DNA of 40,000 nucleotides from Thiohalorhabdus methylotrophus (lineage in GTDB: Bacteria > Pseudomonadota > Gammaproteobacteria > Thiohalorhabdales > Thiohalorhabdaceae): positions 173,821 to 213,820 of the forward strand of contig NZ_JBGUAW010000006.1 in NCBI RefSeq assembly GCF_041821045.1, read 5' to 3'. The notes below the pieces were generated by a model. The model was not told the DNA's origin. It saw only the letters and a list, made by a program, of their open reading frames with translations, and made no database searches. The position numbers and the translations under genes were made by a program. The first letter of the stretch is position 1; the number at the start of each line of letters is the position of its first letter. Shown here piece after piece: positions 32,745 to 40,000 of this stretch.

Positions 32745-34184
32745 TTACGCCTTGGCAGCGACATCCGGCCCGACGCCCAACTGGCCCTTGTCGCCCTGAG
32801 GAGCCTCCGAACCCTGCCCGGTCGGATACTCAAGGCTGGGGGCGACATCCGGCTCAATGCCCCACTTGACCTTGTCGAGGCCTTCGGCCTGATCCTCGTC
32901 GGAAACCCGGAGCCCCGTCGTACGCTCAAGGACGAAGGACAGCACGAGGGCAGTGACCACACCAAGCCCGATGGAAACCAGCACGCCCACGATCTGCATC
33001 AGGACGCCGATCTCGCCGTGCTGGAAGGCGTATGGCCCCTCCTCGATGCCGATGTAGCCGCCACGTGGCGTGCCTGCCTCGAGCAAGCCGACCATGATCA
33101 ATCCGTACGCACCGGCGCCGCCCAGCACAGGGATGATCTTGTGCTCATCGATGTTCCGTTTCAGCATGAACTCATACACCGCATAGGAGACGATCGGCGC
33201 CCCCATGGCGACCAGGAACACTTCCCAGGGGACATAGACGTCGAATCCCGATGCGCCGGACACATACCCGGCCAAGGGACCAAGAAGGAGGTACGAGCTC
33301 TTGCCGGTGCCGTAGGCAATGATGGCACCCATGATGGCGCCGCCCGCCCAGGCTGCAGCATAATTGTTGAAGGCAATGCCGACGCTGGTCTCCGCCATGG
33401 TGGCACTCACGGCCATCGCCCCGGGGGCGACGAAGAACAGACACGACAGAATCACCATCGGCAATGCGGCGAAAATCACCATGAGACCAGTGCCGACCAT
33501 CGCCATGCTCGGCGCCCGGGCCTCAGTGACCTTGGGATGCTCGCTGTACACTCCGGGCCGCGCTCCCAGTTTCGGGACGAATACCAGGGCCATGCCGGCG
33601 GTGATCAGGTAGACGAACCCGACACCGAAGAAGTCGTGGTAGCCCGCGTTGGTCAACGGACCGACGGACCCCCAGGTCCACCAGCTCAGGAGCGAGGACA
33701 TGATCGTGCCGACGAAGGCCGTCACATAGAAGGCGGACGCCTTCATCCGCTCCGATACCGCAAAATGCAGGAGCACGGTGACGATGCCCGCAAAGCAGGC
33801 AAGGAAGAAAATGAAGATCTGGAAGTTATTCAAGCCCGGGAATGTAGCCGGGTCGACGTTGTGTGCCATGGAATTGGCCATCGCGCCGCCGGCCCACCAG
33901 TGCTTGATGGAGCCCATTAGCGTGCCGCCTTCCATGATGTAATACTGCGATGCCCATAGAGAAAACCCTACTAAAAAGTAGGTAGCAACACTTATAAAGA
34001 AGCCAATTATCTTCTCGACAACGGCATTAAAGCTATTCCTGCGCCGCGCACCGCCCACATCAATCATCAGGAGGCCAATCACGATAAATATCGCGCCGAC
34101 GGTACCGGACGCATAGACAAGATTTTGAACAAGCATGTTTACGGTGACTTGTTCGGCGAATGGGGCTGCTGCTTCTGTAGCCAC
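32745..34184 (-). CDS. Ammonium-transporter (Amt/Mep/Rh) family protein, atypical (twin-His positions apparently Tyr and Leu), with a C-terminal extension
   Basis: LVGFSLWAS, AVSERMK, GYHDFFGVGFVYLITAG, PVLGGAGAYGLIMVGL and TGLRVSDEDQAEGLD align by eye with AmtB landmarks. The GTG start at 34184 lies 7 nt after AGGAGG. A strong intrinsic terminator lies downstream. Confidence 0.85.
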   Translation of the reverse strand: MATEAAAPFAEQVTVNMLVQNLVYASGTVGAIFIVIGLLMIDVGGARRRNSFNAVVEKIIGFFISVATYFLVGFSLWASQYYIMEGGTLMGSIKHWWAGGAMANSMAHNVDPATFPGLNNFQIFIFFLACFAGIVTVLLHFAVSERMKASAFYVTAFVGTIMSSLLSWWTWGSVGPLTNAGYHDFFGVGFVYLITAGMALVFVPKLGARPGVYSEHPKVTEARAPSMAMVGTGLMVIFAALPMVILSCLFFVAPGAMAVSATMAETSVGIAFNNYAAAWAGGAIMGAIIAYGTGKSSYLLLGPLAGYVSGASGFDVYVPWEVFLVAMGAPIVSYAVYEFMLKRNIDEHKIIPVLGGAGAYGLIMVGLLEAGTPRGGYIGIEEGPYAFQHGEIGVLMQIVGVLVSIGLGVVTALVLSFVLERTTGLRVSDEDQAEGLDKVKWGIEPDVAPSLEYPTGQGSEAPQGDKGQLGVGPDVAAKA

Positions 34185-34339
34185 GAATATACCTCCTGGG
34201 CATATTTTCGTTTTTAGTGTTCCAAAATAATTCCGACCCCGATAACCGAACGCCGGGAGTTGGAATAGCCGGAATGCGTCAACCTCATTCCAACAATCGT
34301 TATGGATTTTCTTACATAGGGCTCTCCTCGCTCGGGATA

Positions 34340-34490
34340 TGGATTGGCTGGGACTGGCTTGGGCATCCAGCCCCTTTCATTTTCGATCTAGCCGGCGAGC
34401 GCCCCCCTGGCACTCCCTCCGCGGTGTGTACCGAAGACCATCCATTGGCGATCACTTCTGCGGCCCGAATCGCGCCAGGGGCCTGCCACG
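34340..34490 (-). pseudogene. Decayed remnant of the small ORF found intact at 31178..31495
   Basis: Minus-frame APGAIRAAEVIANGWSSVHTAEG versus APGAMRAAEVILNGRREITTSEG. About 80% nucleotide identity over 34451-34481 versus 31452-31482, then roughly 55-60% with indels. There is no start codon or RBS, and the frame dissolves into Arg/Pro/Ser-rich junk. Confidence 0.4.
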
Positions 34491-35228
34491 GCCGTTGGCG
34501 CAGGGGTTGGGCTCGGGTGATCGCTTTCTGGGCAGTTGGCGTCCCTGCCGTGGTCAGGCGTGGTTCTGGTTCTGCGAAGGAAAAAGTTGCGGAAAAGCCG
34601 GGGGCCGACGTGGACAGCGCTGGGGAGAGAGGCGGGCGAACGGCTGCTTGGGAGAGTGCGAAGGACCGGGCTCCGGGATTTGCCCAGTTCGAGGGGGGTC
34701 GGGACCGGCCCGTCAAGCCGGCCTGCATCGGGCCTAACGGAGCGCTTCGGGGGGCCTTCCACCGGGATTGCGCTCCCGAACCCGTTGCGCAAAGGGGAGG
34801 CCTGGATACCACTAGGAGCCCCCCAGCCGGGCTTCCAGCCCGATTTCCAGGTCCCGGGCCCGGCCTCTGCGTTCCTGTGCAAGAGCTCCGCTCCGGGATG
34901 GCCCACCTCCTCCGGGCCCGCACACGCATTTGATTTCCTTGGAGCCATCGGTCATATGCAGAAGACCCTGTTGCGGTTGCTTGCGCCTCACTCCTTGAGC
35001 CGCAGCTTCTATCCCGCGCAAGCAAAATGAGGTATGGGAATGTGCATCCAAATTAGCGTTTTCAACATCCACCTTTTGGCATAGCTCCCTGCCTGGCGCT
35101 CAATATTCCCTTGGAGATACCCTACCTATTTGGAATAGTTCGATCCCGGTTGCGCAGTGGTGGACCCGGGGCGGGTCTTTCAGGAATGCTTTGTGCGCGA
35201 ACTTACTACGCAGACGAGGGCAAGCCTC

Positions 35229-36503
35229 ATGGCCACTGGCCCGACCGAAGGCACACGGCACCCGGATTTCCTGGTGATCGGAGGCGGCATAATGGGCTTG
35301 ATGGTGGCCCGCGAGCTCCGCAGCCGCTTTCCGGATGCCGCAATCTGCCTGCTTGAGAAGGAGGGCGGGCCAGGGAAGCATGCCAGCGGCAGGAACAGCG
35401 GCGTGCTGCATGCGGGCTTCTATTACACCGCCGACAGCCTGAAAGCCCGCTTCACCCGGGAGGGGAACCGGCGAATGACGGAATATTGCCGGGAGCGGGG
35501 ATTGCCCCTGAACCCTTGCGGGAAGGTGGTGGTGGCGCGCAGCGAGCGGGAGCTGGCCGGCCTCGACCTCCTCCTGGAACGGGGAACGGCCAACGGGGTC
35601 CCCCTGGAGCCCATCGATGCCGCACAGCTCCGCGAGATCGAGCCGCATGCCCGGACGGTGGAGCGCGCCCTCTGGTCGCCCACCACGTCGTCCGTGGACC
35701 CCGGCGCCGTCCTGGACGCCCTCCTCGCAGAGGTTCGCGGGGCGGGCGTGGATGTGCGGCTGGGCACCGGCTATCAAGGACGCAGGGGCGAAGCTGTACA
35801 GACCTCCCACGGGACGCTCAAGCCGGGATACGTGGTCAATGCCGCCGGTCTGTACGCCGACCGCATAGCCCGGGACTTCGGCTTCTCACAGGACCACCGC
35901 ATCGTCCCCTTCAAGGGCCTCTACCTACTGCATTCCCAGGAGCGGGGCCCCCTCCGCACGAACGTCTATCCCGTCCCGGACCTGGCGACCCCCTTCCTGG
36001 GCGTCCATTTCACGGTCACAGTCTCGGGACGGGTCAAGCTCGGCCCCACGGCCATTCCCGCCCTCTGGCGGGAGCACTACAATGGCCTGCGCAATTTTCG
36101 GCTCGGCGAGCTGGCCGAAACCCTGGGCCTGGAGGCGCGGCTGCTACTCGGCAACTGGTTCAATTTCCGGTCCCTGGCCCGTCAGGAGCTCCCGAAATAC
36201 AACCGCCGCAAGCTGGCCGGTCTGGCGGAGGACCTGGTTCGGGATTTCGATCCCCGGGAGTGCCGGATCCGGGGAAGACCCGGAATCCGCGCCCAGCCGG
36301 TCAACCTCGCGGAGCGCCGGCTGGAGATGGACTTCCATTTCGAGGGCGATCACCGTTCCTTTCACCTGATCAACGCCGTTTCCCCCGCTTTCACCTGCGC
36401 CTTCCCTTTCAGTGAATATCTGGTGGACCGGATGGAGCGGCTCCTCGGGAGCTCCTCAAAAGGGGGTACTGACCCCGTCTACCGGCGCGCATACCATGAC
36501 TGA
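35229..36503 (+). CDS. lhgO: L-2-hydroxyglutarate oxidase-like FAD-dependent oxidoreductase
   Basis: DFLVIGGGIMG...LLEKE...GRNSGVLHAGFYY, FLGVHFT, PGIRAQ and HLINAVSPAFTCAFPF run parallel to E. coli LhgO as I remember it. ATG at 35229 (ORF track starts at 35157). Confidence 0.75.
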   Translation: MATGPTEGTRHPDFLVIGGGIMGLMVARELRSRFPDAAICLLEKEGGPGKHASGRNSGVLHAGFYYTADSLKARFTREGNRRMTEYCRERGLPLNPCGKVVVARSERELAGLDLLLERGTANGVPLEPIDAAQLREIEPHARTVERALWSPTTSSVDPGAVLDALLAEVRGAGVDVRLGTGYQGRRGEAVQTSHGTLKPGYVVNAAGLYADRIARDFGFSQDHRIVPFKGLYLLHSQERGPLRTNVYPVPDLATPFLGVHFTVTVSGRVKLGPTAIPALWREHYNGLRNFRLGELAETLGLEARLLLGNWFNFRSLARQELPKYNRRKLAGLAEDLVRDFDPRECRIRGRPGIRAQPVNLAERRLEMDFHFEGDHRSFHLINAVSPAFTCAFPFSEYLVDRMERLLGSSSKGGTDPVYRRAYHD

Positions 36504-36607
36504 AGGAAGCACCCTCTACCCATCCAACGCGGCGGGAAGACCTCCCGGAAGGCTCCCGCTGCGCTCGCTTGGCGGCAGGGATCCGGTCTCCACCGCTGGA
36601 GGAAGGC

Positions 36608-37210
36608 ATGACGGATAACGGCGATAACATCCTCAACTTCGAAGACATCCGGGCCATCGAGCAGGAATTCCTGAAATGGCAGTGCCGCATTCGTCAGCAC
36701 GCGGTGCGGGAAAATGGGGGGCGCCCGGAGGAAGGCATGCAGCCGTGGGTGACCCTGGCGGACCACGAGGAGCCTGTGACCCGCATCATCACCCTCCTCA
36801 TCAAGAAGCAGCCCCAGGACGACAACGCACGGCTCCAGTTCATCAACAAGAAGACCATCGACCCCCAGGAGCGCTACAAGAAGGGCCTGGAGCACCTGCA
36901 GGAATGGTTCTATCAGTATCCCGATGAATTCTCCGACCGGCTGACCGCCCTGTTCGGCCCGGAATCAGAACTGGCCGCCCGCCTGCGCCAGGACCGGCAG
37001 TGCATCCTCCACTTCGCCGATCGGCACCGCAAGTACCGCTTCCCCTGCAAGGTGACCGCTCTCAAGCCGGAGGATCCGGCCTTCGAGGCTACCTATTGGC
37101 ATAACGCCCTGTTCAATCCGGAGATGCCCGCCGGCGTCCAGGTCCTCGCCTTCGATCCCTACTGGAATCGGGTGGAAGCTGACCCCGACCCCTCCGCCGC
37201 CCGCGGCTGA
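36608..37210 (+). CDS. Hypothetical protein (200 aa), no family recognised
   Basis: GGAGGAAGG RBS before the ATG at 36608. The composition is protein-like (FEDIRAIEQEFLKWQCRIRQHAVRE...YWHNALFNPEMPAG). Confidence 0.55.
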   Translation: MTDNGDNILNFEDIRAIEQEFLKWQCRIRQHAVRENGGRPEEGMQPWVTLADHEEPVTRIITLLIKKQPQDDNARLQFINKKTIDPQERYKKGLEHLQEWFYQYPDEFSDRLTALFGPESELAARLRQDRQCILHFADRHRKYRFPCKVTALKPEDPAFEATYWHNALFNPEMPAGVQVLAFDPYWNRVEADPDPSAARG

Positions 37211-37290
37211 TACCTTCCGCCCTGCCCACGGGATTCCCGGGCCGGCGCTTCGCGCCAGCGGTCCGCTCCCGCGCCCTCCGCCAAGCGCAT

Positions 37291-37325
37291 AAAAAGCCGC
37301 CCCGTGCCGGGAGGCACGGGGCGGC
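37291..37325 (-). terminator. Rho-independent terminator of the glutamate-synthase-like operon
   Basis: A 13-bp stem GCCGCCCCGTGCC/GGCACGGGGCGGC with loop GGGA, followed on the minus strand by TTTTTAT. Confidence 0.7.
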
Positions 37326-37348
37326 TTCGAGGATGGCGCGGCAGGCGC

Positions 37349-37747
37349 CTAGAACTTCTTGTAGGCCTTCTTCAGGTCCACCAGGGGGTGGCGCTCGGAA
37401 TTCTGGAACTTCACCAGCAGCTCACGGGCCAGCATGTCGCGGTCCTGCTGGTTGTCCGGGAGGTCCCAGTCTTCTGGCACGGTCACCCAGCCGTTGATGT
37501 TCCGGTCGAACACGGCGGGACGGCCTTCCTCGTACCCCATGTGGACGTCTTCCAGCCAGTTCAGATCCTCCCACCCCATGAAATCGATATACTTCTGCAG
37601 GAAAGGGGTAATACGGGAGTAATCGGGGAGCAGGTTCACGTCGTAGCGGTAGCCGATATGCCGGCCAATCCACTGCTCGTGCTCGCTGTCCACCCCTTCG
37701 TCACCCTTGAGGTAACGGTCGATATCCTCTTGACTCTTTTCCGTCAT
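37349..37747 (-). CDS. Hypothetical acidic, Trp-rich protein (132 aa), last gene of the glutamate-synthase-like operon
   Basis: ATG at 37747 with GGAGG about 10 nt upstream. Followed by an intrinsic terminator. The sequence MTEKSQEDIDRYLKGDEG...WEDLNWLEDVHMGYEEG...VPEDWDLPDNQQD matches no family I know. Confidence 0.55.
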   Translation of the reverse strand: MTEKSQEDIDRYLKGDEGVDSEHEQWIGRHIGYRYDVNLLPDYSRITPFLQKYIDFMGWEDLNWLEDVHMGYEEGRPAVFDRNINGWVTVPEDWDLPDNQQDRDMLARELLVKFQNSERHPLVDLKKAYKKF

Positions 37748-37832
37748 CGTCCAATCGCCTCCAAGGTCCGCGCCCAGGGCCCGGAGCCCGGGCACGGATC
37801 ACATTCGTGGTTAAGGCCTTCGGAATGCCGGT

Positions 37833-39236
37833 TCAGAACCGCTTCATCTCCGGATGGCCGACGGTGTGGTTGCTGCCCGCCAGGGGCACCATGGCGATGG
37901 CCGAGGCCTCGGAGGTGAGCGCGGCCAGGTCCTCCGGCTCCAGCGAATGCACGTTGGTCTTGCCGCAGGCACGGGCGATCATCTGGCACTCGATGGCCAA
38001 GGTGTGCAGGAAGTTGTACACCCGTTCGGCCGCCTCGTCGGGATTCAGGCGCTTGCGCAGCTCGGGGTCCTGGGTGGCCACGCCCACCGGGCAGCGGCCG
38101 GTGTGGCAGTGGTAGCACCAGCCGGGCTCCACGCCCATCTCCTTGTGGAAGTCGGCCTCGGGGATGTCCTTGTTGCAGTTCAGGGCCATCATTACCGAGT
38201 GGCCGATGGCCACGGCGTCGGCACCCAGCGCCAGGGCCTTGGCCAGGTCACCGCCGTTGCGGATGCCGCCGGCATACACCAGGGAGACCTGGTCGCTCAT
38301 GCCCAGGTCGTTGATGGCGCGCCGGGCCTGGCGAATGGCGGCGATACCGGGAACGCCGGTCTCCTCGGTGGCGAGGTGGGGGCCGGCGCCGGTGCCGCCT
38401 TCCATGCCGTCGATGTAGATAATGTCCGGCTGGGTCTTCACCGCCATCCGCACGTCGTCGTAGACGCGGGCCGCGCCCAGCTTGAGCTGGATGGGCGTCT
38501 TGTAGTCCGTGGCCTCGCGGATCTCCTGGATCTTCAGCGCCAGGTCGTCCGGACCGAGCCAGTCGGGGTGGCGGGCCGGGGAGCGCTGGTCGATGCCCGC
38601 GGGCAGGGAGCGCATCTCCGCCACCTGGTCGGAGACCTTCTGGCCCATGAGGTGGCCGCCCAGACCCACCTTACAGCCCTGGCCGATGAAGAACTCCACG
38701 CCGTCCGCCAGCTGCAGGTGGTGCGGGTTGAAGCCGTACCGGGACTGAATGCACTGGTAGTACCACTTCTGGGAATAGCGGCGCTCGTCGGGGATCATAC
38801 CGCCCTCGCCGGAGCAGGTGGCGGTCCCCGCCATGGTGGCGCCACGGGCCAGCGCGGTCTTGGCCTCGTAGCTGAGCGCGCCGAAGCTCATGCCCGTGAC
38901 GTACACGGGAATATCCAGGTTCATGGGATTGGCGCACTGCGGACCGAGTACGGTCTGGGTGTCGCACTTCTCCCGGTAGCCCTCGATCACGAAACGGGTC
39001 AACGTTCCCGGTAGGAAGGTCAGATCGTCCCAGTGCGGGATCTTCTTGAAGATCGAGAACCCGCGCATCCGGTACCGGCCGAGCTCGGACTTGACGTGGA
39101 TGTCATCGATCACGTTGGGCGGGAAAACGAAGCTGTTCCCAAGCCGATAACGGTCCCGCTGCATCTGTTGCCCGACCCCCGGCTCCTCGCCCGGGACCTC
39201 TTCCGGAGATGGTTGCGGCTGTTGATTCGAAGCCAT
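37833..39236 (-). CDS. FMN-binding glutamate-synthase-family protein (GltB central-domain homologue; GlxD/MgsC-type)
   Basis: GMSFGALS, CSGEGGM, IDGMEGGTGAGP and GRCPVGVATQD motifs. The ATG at 39236 lies 8 nt after AAGGAG. Whether this is N-methylglutamate synthase (Mgs) or a GlxBCD-type enzyme cannot be decided from sequence by eye. Confidence 0.85.
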   Translation of the reverse strand: MASNQQPQPSPEEVPGEEPGVGQQMQRDRYRLGNSFVFPPNVIDDIHVKSELGRYRMRGFSIFKKIPHWDDLTFLPGTLTRFVIEGYREKCDTQTVLGPQCANPMNLDIPVYVTGMSFGALSYEAKTALARGATMAGTATCSGEGGMIPDERRYSQKWYYQCIQSRYGFNPHHLQLADGVEFFIGQGCKVGLGGHLMGQKVSDQVAEMRSLPAGIDQRSPARHPDWLGPDDLALKIQEIREATDYKTPIQLKLGAARVYDDVRMAVKTQPDIIYIDGMEGGTGAGPHLATEETGVPGIAAIRQARRAINDLGMSDQVSLVYAGGIRNGGDLAKALALGADAVAIGHSVMMALNCNKDIPEADFHKEMGVEPGWCYHCHTGRCPVGVATQDPELRKRLNPDEAAERVYNFLHTLAIECQMIARACGKTNVHSLEPEDLAALTSEASAIAMVPLAGSNHTVGHPEMKRF

Positions 39237-39265
39237 GTTTTGCACTCCTTAGCGCATTGGCAAGC

Positions 39266-40000
39266 TTAGAGAATCAGCTTCTTCTCGGTGGGTTCGAGGT
39301 TGTCGTAGTTCCAGAGCTTCTTACCGGAGGTAAGCTTGGTCATGTTCTCCACGCCATTCGGCGCCTCGAGCCCGTACTGACTCAGCTTGTTCTGGAGCCA
39401 ATGCTTGTCCAGGTCGGTCATTTCGGTCTCGACGCAGTCCACCCCGAGATCCTTGATCTTTCCGGCCACATAGATGAGGCCGTCATACATGGTGTCGCCG
39501 AGGTTCTTGCCTGTGTCGCCGAGAATGATCATGCGGCCGCGCTGCATCATGAAGCCGGTGAAGGCCCCGGCGTCGCCGCCGACGATGATGGTCCCGCCCT
39601 TCTGGTCAATACCGGTGCGGGAGCCGACGCTGCCCTTGGCCACCAGATCACCGCCGCGCATGGCCGCACCGAAGGTGGAGCCGGCGTTCTTCTCGATGAC
39701 CACCCGGCCGGACATCATGTTCTCGCCGCAGGACCAGCCCACGCGTCCGGTCACGTTCACGTTGGGGCCGTCCAGCAGACCGCAGCCGAAGTACCCCAGG
39801 CTGCCCTCGAAATTCAGGTTCAGCCGGTTCAGGAAGCCCACGCCCATTGAGTGCTTGGCGCCGGGATTCTTGATGTTGATGGTGCCGTAGCCGTCCATCA
39901 TGAGCCGCTTGATCTCGCGGTTGACCTCGGTGGCGGAGAGATTCTCGGCATCGATCTCCGCCTTCTTGTCGAAGTCCACCTCGATGTCGAAGGGCTTCTG
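39266..40000 (-). CDS. GXGXG-motif glutamate-synthase domain-3 protein (GlxC/MgsB-type), 5' end uncertain
   Basis: Beta-helix repeats (GNVNVTGRVGWSCGENMMSGRVVIEKNAGSTFGAAMRGGDLVAKGSVGSRTG...IIVGGDAGAFTG). The frame stays open to the window edge (…QKPFDIEV-DFDKK). The start is either the GTG at 39979 or lies beyond 40000. Confidence 0.8.
   Translation of the reverse strand, partial: QKPFDIEVDFDKKAEIDAENLSATEVNREIKRLMMDGYGTINIKNPGAKHSMGVGFLNRLNLNFEGSLGYFGCGLLDGPNVNVTGRVGWSCGENMMSGRVVIEKNAGSTFGAAMRGGDLVAKGSVGSRTGIDQKGGTIIVGGDAGAFTGFMMQRGRMIILGDTGKNLGDTMYDGLIYVAGKIKDLGVDCVETEMTDLDKHWLQNKLSQYGLEAPNGVENMTKLTSGKKLWNYDNLEPTEKKLIL

Noticed and set aside
35076-35100. TGGCATAGCTCCCTGC upstream of lhgO as a sigma-54 promoter
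   Set aside because: The GG to GC spacing is N11 rather than the required N10, and the -12 region lacks TTGC. Similar near-misses upstream of amt (TGGAATGAGGTTGAC, TGGAACACTAAAAAC) also fail at the -12 GC.
1-40000. CRISPR arrays, IS elements or transposases, integrases, prophage genes, defence systems, and tRNA or rRNA genes
   Set aside because: No regularly spaced direct repeats were seen. No ORF has transposase, integrase, nuclease or defence-type motifs. No cloverleaf-capable or rRNA-like segments were noticed. The only repeats found are the 13-mer pair, the regulatory dyads and the decayed segmental duplication.

Overview
High-GC bacterial chromosomal window, by eye about two-thirds G+C, dominated by C1 metabolism. 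No rRNA, tRNA, CRISPR array, transposase or integrase was recognised.

(1) 0.1-17.0 kb: one long, tightly coupled minus-strand array for tetrahydromethanopterin (H4MPT) and methanofuran-type cofactor biosynthesis and H4MPT-linked formaldehyde oxidation. It holds MfnB-like, DUF447, DHPS-like, AfpA/DmrB-like flavoprotein, amino-acid-kinase-like, PabB, hydantoinase-like, three ATP-grasp ligases, CitG-like, Fae, Mch, MtdB and MptG genes. It also carries a sigma-54 enhancer-binding protein (EBP) gene, and one HisA/HisF-like gene lies head-to-head within it. Many junctions are 4-nt GTGA/ATGA overlaps.

(2) 17.5-22.1 kb: fhcBADC, the formyltransferase/hydrolase complex.

(3) 22.4-29.1 kb: pterin-4a-carbinolamine dehydratase, NAD-linked formate dehydrogenase (fused NuoE/NuoF-like subunit plus Cys-type molybdopterin alpha subunit) and NDH-2.

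(4) 29.2-37.3 kb: a low-coding-density transport/nitrogen region. It holds an APC permease, two small orphan ORFs, a roughly 40% GC island, an internally deleted lhgO-like pseudogene, an atypical Amt-family transporter, about 1 kb with no credible ORF, an intact lhgO-like gene and an orphan 200-aa ORF.

(5) 37.3-40.0 kb: the end of a split glutamate-synthase-like (MgsBC/GlxCD-type) operon plus a trailing orphan gene.

Main hunt results:
- A candidate sigma-54 regulon links the embedded AcoR-type activator to the fhc and fds operons. They share a dyad TGCAATGG-N5-CCATTGCA, two further shared boxes, and -24/-12-like elements at matching distances.
- The Amt-family protein appears to lack both twin-histidine pore residues.
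- A roughly 1.1-kb segment is duplicated on either side of amt, and each copy has lost a different gene.

All family calls come from reading the supplied translations against motifs I remember. No searches were run.
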